Shown here piece by piece: positions 8,497 through 17,490 of a stretch of 50,509 nt of DNA. The notes below the pieces were generated by a model that saw only the letters and a program-made list of their open reading frames with translations, did not search any database and was not told where the DNA came from. The translations under genes were made by a program, and so were the position numbers. Positions within the stretch are counted from its first letter, which is position 1; every line of letters begins with the position of its first letter. This DNA comes from Eubacteriales bacterium (GTDB taxonomy: Bacteria > Bacillota > Clostridia > Oscillospirales > CAG-272): positions 1-50,509 of the forward strand of contig JAZNDP010000039.1 of NCBI GenBank assembly GCA_045588165.1. The letters are read 5' to 3'.

Positions 8497-9321
8497 ATGA
8501 GTATTAATGATTTCTTTCTTTACGGCTTTGTTGGAAAATATCTGGCAACCAATTCTCCGGCAAGTTCCACGTATACCGTTGCCATCCTTCTTTCCATCGT
8601 GGCAATTTGTACCCTGTCCTATCTGTTGGGAAGCTTGAATTTTGCCATTATTATTTCGGGAAAGCAATACCGTCAGGATATCCGTCAGTTTGGATCCAAA
8701 AATGCGGGAATGACCAACATGATGCGTACATACGGCAAGCGCGCGGCGGGTCTTACTCTCTTGGGAGATGCGCTGAAGGCTGTGATTTCTTGTATGATCG
8801 GCTATGCCCTCATCGGTCAGTACGGAGCATATTTTTCGGGTCTTTTCTGCATCTTGGGACACATGTTCCCCATTTACTACCGTTTCCGTGGTGGAAAAGG
8901 TGTTGTAACCGCCGCGATCACCATTTTGATGTGCAATCCTATCGTATTTTTGATCTTGATCCTTATCTTCGTCATCCTCGTATTGTCCACGAAATTCATC
9001 TCCCTCGGCTCCGTGGTTTGCGTGATGCTGTATCCCATCGTTTTGGATCGGATCGAGCGCTCCACGCTCCTGCATGAAAATCCCCCCGAAGGATGTCCTT
9101 ACGTCATTTTTGCCATTCTGATCATGCTTTTGGTGGTCTGGAAGCACAGAGAAAATATTGTACGACTGTATCATGGACAGGAAAGCAAATTCTCCTTTAA
9201 AAAGAGTGTAAAACAGCCCGATGCGGAGGAGTCTCTCACGGAAGAGAACGAGGTAAAAACGGAAAAACATCCCAACAAGAGAACCAATTCGGGAAAGCAC
9301 TACGGCAAAAAGAAAAAATAA
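8497..9321 (+). CDS. plsY: Glycerol-3-phosphate acyltransferase PlsY
   Basis: YLLGS, DIRQFGSKNAGMTN, GHMFP, FRGGKGV, KHRENIVRL; AGGAG RBS before MSIND. Confidence 0.95.
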   Translation: MSINDFFLYGFVGKYLATNSPASSTYTVAILLSIVAICTLSYLLGSLNFAIIISGKQYRQDIRQFGSKNAGMTNMMRTYGKRAAGLTLLGDALKAVISCMIGYALIGQYGAYFSGLFCILGHMFPIYYRFRGGKGVVTAAITILMCNPIVFLILILIFVILVLSTKFISLGSVVCVMLYPIVLDRIERSTLLHENPPEGCPYVIFAILIMLLVVWKHRENIVRLYHGQESKFSFKKSVKQPDAEESLTEENEVKTEKHPNKRTNSGKHYGKKKK

Positions 9322-9339
9322 AACGACAGGACGTTATTT

Positions 9340-10536
9340 ATGAATCAGGATTCAAATCTCTCTCCCCTTGATAAATTGTCATCCATCTTGGTACTGTCCG
9401 CTCAAAAGCAGCTGCTTCGCAAGGCGGTGTTTTCGAAGCCTTGCGATTCCACCCTGCAAAAAGCGGTAATAACTCTGCGCAAAAACGGGGATCGAACCTT
9501 TTTGCAGATCGAGTTTTTCCGCAAGGACAACAAGGTAACACACAAAAATATTTTCTTTGACGACGGGACGGAATCTCAAATTTCCGACTTTGCCAAGGGT
9601 TTTGCGCAGATCAATCTGATCTGCGCGGACGGCGAATGCCAATATAAGAGATCCACTGCGGGAAAGGAAGTTTTACTGGGGCTTGACAAGCTTTTGCGAA
9701 AGGTAGAGAACGGAGGGACAAACTCTATCTCTCCGATCTCCAACAATCGGGAGAAGCAGTATATTTTAGACGGCTCGGAGCCCTTTTTGCGTCTCCTTGG
9801 TGTATCCGATGCCAACGGGCGCGTTTATGACCGAAAGAGAGCAAAGTTCCGTCAGATCAACCGTTTTTTGGAGTTGATCCGCGATGTAGAGGACAAGCTT
9901 CCCACGGGAAAGATCCGCATTTGCGATCTTTGCTGCGGAAAAAGCTATCTCTCCTTTGCCGTATATCACTATTTCGCCAACGTAAAGGAATATTCCGTTT
10001 CCATGACGGGAGTAGACCTGAAAGAGGACGTAATCAATCATTGCAATCAAGTCGCAAAGCAGCTCGGCTTTGAGGGATTGGAATTTTTATGCGGTAACAT
10101 TTGCGATTATACGCCAAAGGAGCTTCCTTCCCTGGTGATCTCTCTTCATGCCTGTGACATTGCCACCGATCTGGTTTTGAACAAGGCTGTGGAATGGAAG
10201 ACCGACGTCATTCTTTCCACCCCTTGCTGTCATCATGAGATGAATCATTCGATTCAATGCGACACGCTTTCCTTTATTACCGACTATTCCATGCTTCGGC
10301 AAAAGCTGTGTGATGCCGCAACCGACGCTCTGCGGCTTTGCCGTTTGGAATCTCAGGGGTATTCGACCGTAGCGCTGGAACTGATCGATCCCGATGAAAC
10401 CCCGAAAAACGTGATGCTTCGCGCGGTTCGAAAAAAACGGTTCGATCCATCCTCCCCTGCCGCCCTTGCCGCCAAGCAACGGTATCTGGATGCCAAGGCA
10501 TTCCTTTGCGGAGATCGATCTGATCTTCATTTTTGA
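9340..10536 (+). CDS. Class I SAM-dependent methyltransferase (substrate unknown)
   Basis: KFRQINRFLE, DLCCGKSYL, SLHACDIATD, PCCHHE, TPKNVML. Confidence 0.88.
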   Translation: MNQDSNLSPLDKLSSILVLSAQKQLLRKAVFSKPCDSTLQKAVITLRKNGDRTFLQIEFFRKDNKVTHKNIFFDDGTESQISDFAKGFAQINLICADGECQYKRSTAGKEVLLGLDKLLRKVENGGTNSISPISNNREKQYILDGSEPFLRLLGVSDANGRVYDRKRAKFRQINRFLELIRDVEDKLPTGKIRICDLCCGKSYLSFAVYHYFANVKEYSVSMTGVDLKEDVINHCNQVAKQLGFEGLEFLCGNICDYTPKELPSLVISLHACDIATDLVLNKAVEWKTDVILSTPCCHHEMNHSIQCDTLSFITDYSMLRQKLCDAATDALRLCRLESQGYSTVALELIDPDETPKNVMLRAVRKKRFDPSSPAALAAKQRYLDAKAFLCGDRSDLHF

Positions 10537-10556
10537 TTTTTGAAAACGGAGACTCC

Positions 10557-11849
10557 ATGACTTACCATAACGCAACAAAATTTTTGATTCAGTCCCCCGA
10601 CGAGCTTCACGAGGAGATTGCCGGTACGCGTATTCGTACGCTGTGGGAGCTGCTGGGGCAGCCACAACGAAATCTGAAATCTCTTCGCCTTGCCGGCAGC
10701 AGTGGCAAAACCGTTTGCGCGGAAATGCTTGTATCCTGTTTTCGAGGCTCTGATTTTAAGGTTGGTTGTCTAACCACACCTCTCCGCCAAGAAATTCGGG
10801 AAAATATTCGGATCGACGGCACACCGCTATCCTTTGAGGAAATGGCTCGCTACGTAGAGCAAATCTATCGGGCTTCGATTGAGATCAACAAAACGCTCAT
10901 GCAAACGGATAGCCCTACCGCAAATGCCGCGCCCACTTCCCCGTATCAGTTGACCAAGCACGAAATTCTCCTAAGCGCCGCTCTTCTTGCGTTCCGTGAC
11001 CGTCATTGCGATCTCTGCATTCTGGAAAGTGACCATACCCATGCGGATCCCACCTGTTTTCTCCCCGCTCCCTTTGCCGCGGCAATTTGCGGAACCATCC
11101 CGAGCGAGGATAAAAAGGAAATTGGACGGATTCGCTCCTACATTGGACACGGGATTCAGGAAATTGTCAGCGCGCCTCAGGATCAGGATGCCTATCGCGT
11201 CATTTCCGATACCTGCGCCGCCATCAACTGTCGCTTAACGATCCCCACCAAATCGGCCTTGGAGATCCATCGCATCTCCTTGAGCGGAAGTGAATTTTCC
11301 TATCGTGAGAGCTCCTATCGCCTCAGCCTTTGCGGAAAATTCCAAATCACCAACGCCACCGTCGTTTTAGAAATTCTTGACATGCTGTCCAGACGGGGAT
11401 TCAAGCTTTCAAGGGAACAGATTTCCTCCGGCCTACACCGTACAAAGATTCCATCAAAGTTTGAAATTCTTTCGGTTTCTCCCACCATTATCTCCGACAG
11501 CACCCATTCCGAGGTTGCGGTGGAAACGGTTTGTCAATCCATGTCGGATTTTCAAACAATCATCGGAAGAAAGGTTCGGCTTTGTCTTCCAAGCGGGGAA
11601 CTGGCGCGTCGCTATGAAGAAGTACTGCATTCGATGTCCTACGAGATCGAGCAGGTTGTTTTGTTTGAAGAAGCCTCCGACGAGGAATTCTCCGAAAAAT
11701 CATGGCAAACTGCTCATAACAGGAAAATTCGCGCCGTGATCGACCACGCCTTAAAAAATCTCACCGCGGAGACGATCCTTCTCATTTCCGGTCCCTTCCC
11801 CTTTACATCGGAAATACGCTATGAAATATTAAAAAAGCTTGGCTTTTAG
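10557..11849 (+). CDS. FolC/folylpolyglutamate synthase-like (Mur ligase fold) protein with degenerate active-site motifs
   Basis: Colinear with FolC (LGQPQ, LAGSSGKTV, TTP..RENIRIDG, FQITNA, PSKFE, SDSTH), but key motifs are diverged; GGAG RBS before MTYHNA. Confidence 0.75.
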   Translation: MTYHNATKFLIQSPDELHEEIAGTRIRTLWELLGQPQRNLKSLRLAGSSGKTVCAEMLVSCFRGSDFKVGCLTTPLRQEIRENIRIDGTPLSFEEMARYVEQIYRASIEINKTLMQTDSPTANAAPTSPYQLTKHEILLSAALLAFRDRHCDLCILESDHTHADPTCFLPAPFAAAICGTIPSEDKKEIGRIRSYIGHGIQEIVSAPQDQDAYRVISDTCAAINCRLTIPTKSALEIHRISLSGSEFSYRESSYRLSLCGKFQITNATVVLEILDMLSRRGFKLSREQISSGLHRTKIPSKFEILSVSPTIISDSTHSEVAVETVCQSMSDFQTIIGRKVRLCLPSGELARRYEEVLHSMSYEIEQVVLFEEASDEEFSEKSWQTAHNRKIRAVIDHALKNLTAETILLISGPFPFTSEIRYEILKKLGF

Positions 11850-11854
11850 TTGAC

Positions 11855-11892
11855 AAAACACCGCTCATTCCCACAAGAATGAGCGGTGCTTT
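11855..11892. terminator. Bidirectional terminator between the folC-like gene and serA
   Basis: CACCGCTCATTC-CCACAA-GAATGAGCGGTG. Confidence 0.75.
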
Positions 11893-11912
11893 CTATTTAA
11901 TATTTAACCCAT

Positions 11913-13073
11913 TTAAATTACCCTGACCTTTACGATTCCGTCCACCGCGGTGAGTTGAGCAATCGCGCTCTCATCAACGGGACCGGTAACATCAACCATG
12001 GTGTACGCGTTATCGCCCTTGGACTTGTTGATCATATTCTCAATATTCAAGCCAATCTGCGCCAAGGTCGCCGTGATCTGGAAGAGCATATTGGGAATAT
12101 TGGCATGGAAGATACAGATTCTCTTATCTCCACTGAAGGGCATGGACACGTTGGGGTAATTGACGCTGTTTTTAATGTTGCCATGACGCAAGAACTCATC
12201 CAGCTGAAGGGCTGCCATGACAGCGCAATTGTCCTCCGCTTCTTCGGTGGAAGCGCCCAGATGAGGAATCGTTACGATACCGGGTACGCCAACCGTATCC
12301 TCCGTAGGAAAATCCACCACGTAAGACGCAACCTTGCCGGACGCCAACGCTTCCTTGATATCCGCGGCATTCACCAGATCCGCACGCGCCAGATTGATGA
12401 TTCTCACACCGTCCTTCATGCCCGCCAAGGAGGAGGCGTTGATCATTCCCTTGGTCTGGGGAGTAGAGGGCACATGAAGAGTTACATAATCCGCAACAGC
12501 GAACACATCCTCATAGGAAGCCGCCTTTACCACATTATGGTCGATATTCCAAGCCGCCTCAATGCTCAGGAAGGGATCGCATCCCACAACATTCATCCCC
12601 AAAGCGATGGCTGCATTGGCGACCAATCCTCCGATGGCGCCGAGACCGATCACACCCAAGGTCTTTCCCTGAATCTCCACGCCCGCAAACTTGGACTTCC
12701 CGGCTTCAACCGTCTTGGCAACGCCCTCGGTTCCCTGCAGTGTATCCGCCCACTTGATACCGCCCACGACATCGCGTGATGCCAGCATCAGCGCGCAAAT
12801 CGCAAGCTCCTTTACGCCGTTGGCATTGGCTCCGGGGGTATTGAATACTACGATTCCCTCCGCGGAGCAACGGTCAACGGGAATATTATTGACACCGGCA
12901 CCCGCACGGGCAATCGCCTGCAACTCGGGTCCAAAGGTCATATCGTGCATGGCTGCAGAACGAACTAAAATTCCGTCGGGATTCTGCACATCGGTTCCAA
13001 TGGTATATTCCGCACGGTCCAGCTTATCGGTGCCGATTGCGGCAATTTTATTGAGACAAAGAATGTTTTTCAT
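11913..13073 (-). CDS. serA: D-3-phosphoglycerate dehydrogenase with C-terminal ACT domain
   Basis: ARAGAGVNNI, NTPGANA, GVIGLGAIG, PHLGASTEEA, ACT tail; directly downstream of serC. Confidence 0.92.
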   Translation of the reverse strand: MKNILCLNKIAAIGTDKLDRAEYTIGTDVQNPDGILVRSAAMHDMTFGPELQAIARAGAGVNNIPVDRCSAEGIVVFNTPGANANGVKELAICALMLASRDVVGGIKWADTLQGTEGVAKTVEAGKSKFAGVEIQGKTLGVIGLGAIGGLVANAAIALGMNVVGCDPFLSIEAAWNIDHNVVKAASYEDVFAVADYVTLHVPSTPQTKGMINASSLAGMKDGVRIINLARADLVNAADIKEALASGKVASYVVDFPTEDTVGVPGIVTIPHLGASTEEAEDNCAVMAALQLDEFLRHGNIKNSVNYPNVSMPFSGDKRICIFHANIPNMLFQITATLAQIGLNIENMINKSKGDNAYTMVDVTGPVDESAIAQLTAVDGIVKVRVI

Positions 13074-13145
13074 AATTTTTCCTTTCTGAATGCAAAGCGC
13101 AGGGCAGGAATTTTCCCGCCCTGCACCGAGTTGCTTGATTGATAT

Positions 13146-14237
13146 TTACGCCTTCGGATTTTCCTCGGCAAACTTCTTCATAAATGCCACCAGCGCCGCA
13201 ACGCCCTCGTAGGGCATCGCGTTATAAATGGATGCTCTCATACCGCCAACAGAACGGTGACCCTTCAAGTTCTTCAGACCTGCCTTTGCCGCTTCGGTTG
13301 CGAATTTCTTATCCAGATCCGCATCTCCGGTTACGAAGGTCACGTTCATCATGGAACGGCTGTCCGTCTTCACGGGCGCAAAATAGTAGCTCTGGCTATC
13401 CAGATAATCATACAGCAGAGCCGCCTTCTTGACGTTTCTCAACTTCATCTCCTCCAGTCCGCCGATGGAAAGGATCCACTCGTAAACCAGTTTTGCCATA
13501 TAGATCGCATAGCAAGGAGGAGTATTATACATAGAACCGTTCTCTGCCATGGTCTTCCACTCCAGCATCGTGGGCATCTTGGGATCCGCATAGTCCAGAA
13601 GATCCTCGCGAACGATGACAAGGGTAAGACCTGCGGGAGCCATATTCTTCTGGGCACCTGCGTAGATCACACCGAACTTGCTCACGTCAACGGGCTCGGA
13701 AATAATGCAGGAGGACAGGTCGGCAACCAACGGAATATCACCGGTATCGGGAATATAGGAATACTTGGTTCCGTAAATCGTATTGTTAAAGCAGATATGA
13801 ACGTAGGAAGCATCGGGACGGAACATATCCTTCGTTACATAGGGAACGTGATCGAAGTTGTCCTCCTTGGTGGTGGCAACGCACTTGACGTCGTAGCCCA
13901 TCTTCTGCGCTTCCTTATATGCCTTTCCGGAGAACTGTCCGGAAACTACGTAATCCGCCTTACCGGTTCTACCGATCAGATTCAGGGGAACTGCGGCAAA
14001 CTGGGTTGACGCGCCGCCCTGCAAAAACAGAACCTTGTAGTTATCGGGAATATTCATCAGCTTGCGAAGCATTGCCTCCGCATCGTTGATGATCGCCTCA
14101 TAGTCCGGAGATCGATGGGACATCTCCATGACCGACATTCCTGATTCGCCGTAGCACACCAGCTCGGAAGCTGCCTTTTCAAGAACCTCCAGAGGAAGCA
14201 TGGACGGACCCGCCGAAAAATTGAATACTCTGTTCAT
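13146..14237 (-). CDS. serC: Phosphoserine aminotransferase
   Basis: FNFSAGPS, EMSHRS, LQGGASTQF, YAGAQKN (PLP lysine), NTPP, GHRSVGGMRASIYNA. Confidence 0.98.
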   Translation of the reverse strand: MNRVFNFSAGPSMLPLEVLEKAASELVCYGESGMSVMEMSHRSPDYEAIINDAEAMLRKLMNIPDNYKVLFLQGGASTQFAAVPLNLIGRTGKADYVVSGQFSGKAYKEAQKMGYDVKCVATTKEDNFDHVPYVTKDMFRPDASYVHICFNNTIYGTKYSYIPDTGDIPLVADLSSCIISEPVDVSKFGVIYAGAQKNMAPAGLTLVIVREDLLDYADPKMPTMLEWKTMAENGSMYNTPPCYAIYMAKLVYEWILSIGGLEEMKLRNVKKAALLYDYLDSQSYYFAPVKTDSRSMMNVTFVTGDADLDKKFATEAAKAGLKNLKGHRSVGGMRASIYNAMPYEGVAALVAFMKKFAEENPKA

Positions 14238-14306
14238 AACAATGAACCTCCGTAAAATGAAACTTTACAGTATGCACTACTACATACAATGCTGTAATTA
14301 AATTAT

Positions 14307-14335
14307 ATTATATAACCATTCATTTTTTTCGTCAA
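14307..14335 (-). promoter_or_regulatory. sigA promoter of serC-serA
   Basis: TTGACG-17-TATAAT on the minus strand. Confidence 0.75.
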
Positions 14336-14427
14336 GGTTTTTTTGGCAAAAAGCCGAACTTTTTGTTCGTTTTCTACATTTCGTTGCATCTTTCCTCAAC
14401 TTTTGGTAGAATAGTTATGCATAATGT

Positions 14428-14457
14428 AACCATGCGAATCAAATCCGCATGGTTTTT
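14428..14457. terminator. Stem-loop at the end of the thyX-like gene; the U-tract is on the plus strand
   Basis: AACCATGCG-N8-CGCATGGTT-TTT. Confidence 0.55.
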
Positions 14458-14459
14458 CA

Positions 14460-15083
14460 TTACTCTCGAATCAGAATCAGTTCCTTTGCGTAAGGCAGAG
14501 ACGCGATCCAATCACAAAGGGTATGCCATTCCGACAGCTTATGCGTCTTTCTGGCATAGTAAATATTGATCAGATTTTCATAATTCATCGTCACGGTCCG
14601 CATTTGATTATAGCTTGAGGGCAGCAGCTGGATCATATTATGCCACGGCTGACGGTTCTCTTTGTTTTCGCAGAACTTTTGACGCTCACACTCCAGATAC
14701 GCAATCAAGGCGTCCAATGCGGCAAGTCCCTCCTCGTCCAAGCGATCGCAGGAAAAGTCGGCTCTCTCAAAGGCTTTGGTATGAATTTTGTGCATAGTAG
14801 AACAGGAATTGGCAACCGTTCCTACCTTGTAGGTATCAAACTCCTTCCACCAGTAAAGAGGCGCGGTAATATCCACGGAAACGAAGATCTGCCGCAAAAA
14901 TTTTCGGTGATCGCTTCCGGCTCTTGCCAACCGTCTCCCCAGATCCAGGTCGTTGGCTCCGAGCACGTAATTTCCTTCCTCGTCATAGGAGCTATCCATT
15001 CTTCCCCAGCTGTTCATGGGGTTTCTGGCGCCACGAATGGCGTTTTCCAGATTCATTACGGAATCTCTCTCAATTTTAATCAT
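14460..15083 (-). CDS. ThyX-like (flavin-dependent thymidylate synthase fold) protein, non-canonical
   Basis: HRKFLRQIFVSVDITAPLYWWKEFDTYKVG, LLPSSY..RTVTMNYENL, RKTHKLSEW follow the ThyX layout, but the RHR signature is missing. Confidence 0.65.
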   Translation of the reverse strand: MIKIERDSVMNLENAIRGARNPMNSWGRMDSSYDEEGNYVLGANDLDLGRRLARAGSDHRKFLRQIFVSVDITAPLYWWKEFDTYKVGTVANSCSTMHKIHTKAFERADFSCDRLDEEGLAALDALIAYLECERQKFCENKENRQPWHNMIQLLPSSYNQMRTVTMNYENLINIYYARKTHKLSEWHTLCDWIASLPYAKELILIRE

Positions 15084-15095
15084 ATCCTCTCCTCC

Positions 15096-15398
15096 TTATA
15101 GCTCACAGTCCAATACTGCGCGGGTCTGGATAACCTTCCGCACATACGTAGATACCTTTACGTGCTCGGGATGCACGGCATAGGTTTTCAGAGCGTCAAC
15201 GCTGTCAAATTCGGTGAGGAGCATCAAATCCATAGACATGTCGGAGCCCGTAATATCGGTGCTGATCTCCATTTTTTTTATCTCCGGAATAACGGAGCAA
15301 AGCGCAAACAGATGCTCTCTGATCCACTCCATATTTTCTGCCTTGGTCTTTCCCTCGGCGTTCTCTTTTAATTTCCACATGACAACGTGTCTGATCAT
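15096..15398 (-). CDS. Dabb-family (stress-responsive alpha/beta barrel) protein
   Basis: MIRHVVMWKLK...EFDSVDALKTYAVHPEHVKV; GGAGG RBS; the longer track ORF overlaps trpS and is not used. Confidence 0.9.
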   Translation of the reverse strand: MIRHVVMWKLKENAEGKTKAENMEWIREHLFALCSVIPEIKKMEISTDITGSDMSMDLMLLTEFDSVDALKTYAVHPEHVKVSTYVRKVIQTRAVLDCEL

Positions 15399-15435
15399 GC
15401 TTCTTTTCCTCCGAAAATCAACTTGAATTATTTTA

Positions 15436-15493
15436 ATGATATCACATTTTCCTTCAAAAGTCAATTGACTTTTTATCTTTTTTATGGTATTAT
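15436..15493. promoter_or_regulatory. Back-to-back divergent sigA promoters (dabb/thyX-like and trpS)
   Basis: Minus strand TTGACT-17-TATCAT (15464-15436); plus strand TTGACT-17-TATTAT (15465-15493). Confidence 0.7.
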
Positions 15494-15560
15494 ATTCATA
15501 TATGCATTTTTTGCCCCATCGGCAAGACAAGCACCGTGGAATCTCAGGAGGTAATACGAA

Positions 15561-16559
15561 ATGTTTAACGATCAAGCGGTTTCCTTTTCCGGCGTTCAGC
15601 CCAGCGGAAACCTGACCATTGGAAACTATCTCGGCGCCATTCGAAACTTCTCTCTTTATTCCGAGAAATATAAATGCTTCTACTGCGTCGTAGACCAACA
15701 CGCCATCACCGTCCGTCAAAATCCCGCCGAGCTTCGCAGACGAACCTACGAAACTCTGGCGCTTTACATGGCTTGCGGTCTGGACCCCGATAAAAACACG
15801 CTGTACGTTCAGTCACACGTACACGAACACGCTGAGCTCGGATGGATCCTCAATTGCTTCACCATGTTCGGGGAGTTGTCCAGAATGACTCAATTCAAGG
15901 ACAAGAGCTCCAAGCACGCCGACAACATCAATGCGGGTCTGTTCACTTATCCCACCTTGATGGCAGCAGATATTCTGCTCTACCAGACCGACGTGGTTCC
16001 CGTTGGAATCGACCAGAAGCAGCACGTGGAGCTTTGCCGCGATATCGCGGAGCGCTTCAATCAGCTCTATCCCGGCACCTTTACGGTTCCTCAGCCCATT
16101 ATTTCCAAGTCGGGTATGAAGATCATGTCTCTGGCAGAGCCCACCAAGAAGATGTCCAAATCCGATGAAAACGTCAACGCCGTCGTTTACATTCTGGACG
16201 ACCGTGACACCATCATCCGCAAGTTCAAGCGCGCCGTGACCGACTCGGAAACCTGCGTTCGCTTTGCGGAGGGCAAGGACGGCATCAACAACCTGATGAC
16301 CGTTTACTCCTGCTTCACCGGCAAAACCATGGAGGAGATCGAGCGAGAATTTGACGGCAAGGGATACGGAGAGTTCAAGCTTGCCGTAGGCGAGGTTTGC
16401 GCTGACGCGCTCTCCCCCGTACAGCAGGAATTCAACCGTCTGCTTTCCGATAAGGCTTCTCTGGAGGCGCAGATGAAAAAGGGCGCCGAGGAGGCCTCCT
16501 GGTATGCCAGAAGAACCCTTGGCAAGGTTCAGAAAAAGCTTGGTTTTGTAAAACTTTAA
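15561..16559 (+). CDS. trpS: Tryptophanyl-tRNA synthetase
   Basis: SGVQPSGNLTIGNYLGA (HIGH-like), YPTLMAADILLY, VPVGIDQKQH, KMSKS. Confidence 0.98.
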   Translation: MFNDQAVSFSGVQPSGNLTIGNYLGAIRNFSLYSEKYKCFYCVVDQHAITVRQNPAELRRRTYETLALYMACGLDPDKNTLYVQSHVHEHAELGWILNCFTMFGELSRMTQFKDKSSKHADNINAGLFTYPTLMAADILLYQTDVVPVGIDQKQHVELCRDIAERFNQLYPGTFTVPQPIISKSGMKIMSLAEPTKKMSKSDENVNAVVYILDDRDTIIRKFKRAVTDSETCVRFAEGKDGINNLMTVYSCFTGKTMEEIEREFDGKGYGEFKLAVGEVCADALSPVQQEFNRLLSDKASLEAQMKKGAEEASWYARRTLGKVQKKLGFVKL

Positions 16560-16572
16560 TCTAAAATTCCCC

Positions 16573-16601
16573 TTGACTTTTCTTCTGCTTTAAGGTATAA
16601 T
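16573..16601 (+). promoter_or_regulatory. sigA promoter of the transketolase genes
   Basis: TTGACT-17-TATAAT. Confidence 0.75.
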
Positions 16602-16642
16602 GTATCTACATAATTAGTATTTTTTGAAAGGTATGGTTTTTC

Positions 16643-17479
16643 ATGGAACAAGTAAAGGCTACTCAACTGAAAAAAACAGCTGCTCAGGTCCGTCTGAACA
16701 TTCTTGAGCAGGTTCACGCCGCTGCTTGCGGTCACCCCGGTGGGTCACTTTCCATTGCGGATGTTTTGACCTATCTGTACTTTGTGGAAATGAAGGTGGA
16801 TCCCTCCAACCCCAAATGGGAGGACAGAGACCGTCTCGTTCTCTCCAAGGGTCACACGGCGCCCGCTCTTTACGGTGTGCTGGCTGAAAAGGGATACTTC
16901 TCCCGCGATATTCTGAAAACCCTCAGACAGCACGATTCGATCCTGCAGGGACACCCCGATATGAAGGGCATTCCCGGTGTGGATATGACCACCGGCTCCT
17001 TGGGTCTGGGATTCTCTGCTGCGTGCGGTATGGCACTTGCGGCAAAGATCGATGGAAAGGATTTTCGTACATACGCCATCCTCGGAGACGGTGAGAGCGA
17101 GGAGGGTCAGATCTGGGAGGCAGCAATGTTTGCCGCTCACTACAAGCTGGATAACCTCTGCGCCATCCTTGACTGGAACGGTCTGCAGATCGACGGTCCC
17201 ATCACCGAGGTAATGAATCCCACCCCTCACGACAAGAAGCTGGAGGCGTTCGGCTTCCACGTCATCACCATTGACGGCCACGACCTCGATCAAATCGAAG
17301 CCGCCCTTGAAGAAGCAAAAACCGTTAAAGGCAAGCCTGTTGCCATCATCGCGGTAACCACGAAGGGCAAGGGCGTTTCCTATATGGAGAATCAGGTCGC
17401 ATGGCACGGCAGCGCGCCCAACGACGAGCAGTATGAAATCGCTGTTGCCGAGATCAAGGCAGCAATGGCAGCGATGTAA
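16643..17479 (+). CDS. Transketolase, N-terminal (TPP-binding) subunit
   Basis: GHPGGSLS, LSKGH, LQGHP, TGSLG, GDGE..EG..WEA. Confidence 0.95.
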   Translation: MEQVKATQLKKTAAQVRLNILEQVHAAACGHPGGSLSIADVLTYLYFVEMKVDPSNPKWEDRDRLVLSKGHTAPALYGVLAEKGYFSRDILKTLRQHDSILQGHPDMKGIPGVDMTTGSLGLGFSAACGMALAAKIDGKDFRTYAILGDGESEEGQIWEAAMFAAHYKLDNLCAILDWNGLQIDGPITEVMNPTPHDKKLEAFGFHVITIDGHDLDQIEAALEEAKTVKGKPVAIIAVTTKGKGVSYMENQVAWHGSAPNDEQYEIAVAEIKAAMAAM

Positions 17480-17490
17480 GGAGGCAGAAC

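Noticed and set aside
14363-14569. 68-aa plus-strand ORF behind the orphan promoter
   Set aside because: No RBS, it crosses a terminator-like hairpin and overlaps the thyX-like gene antisense; leaderless translation from ATG 14417 cannot be supported
15399-15719. N-terminal half of the 207-aa track ORF
   Set aside because: It overlaps trpS and both promoters; the Dabb gene starts at 15398 after GGAGG
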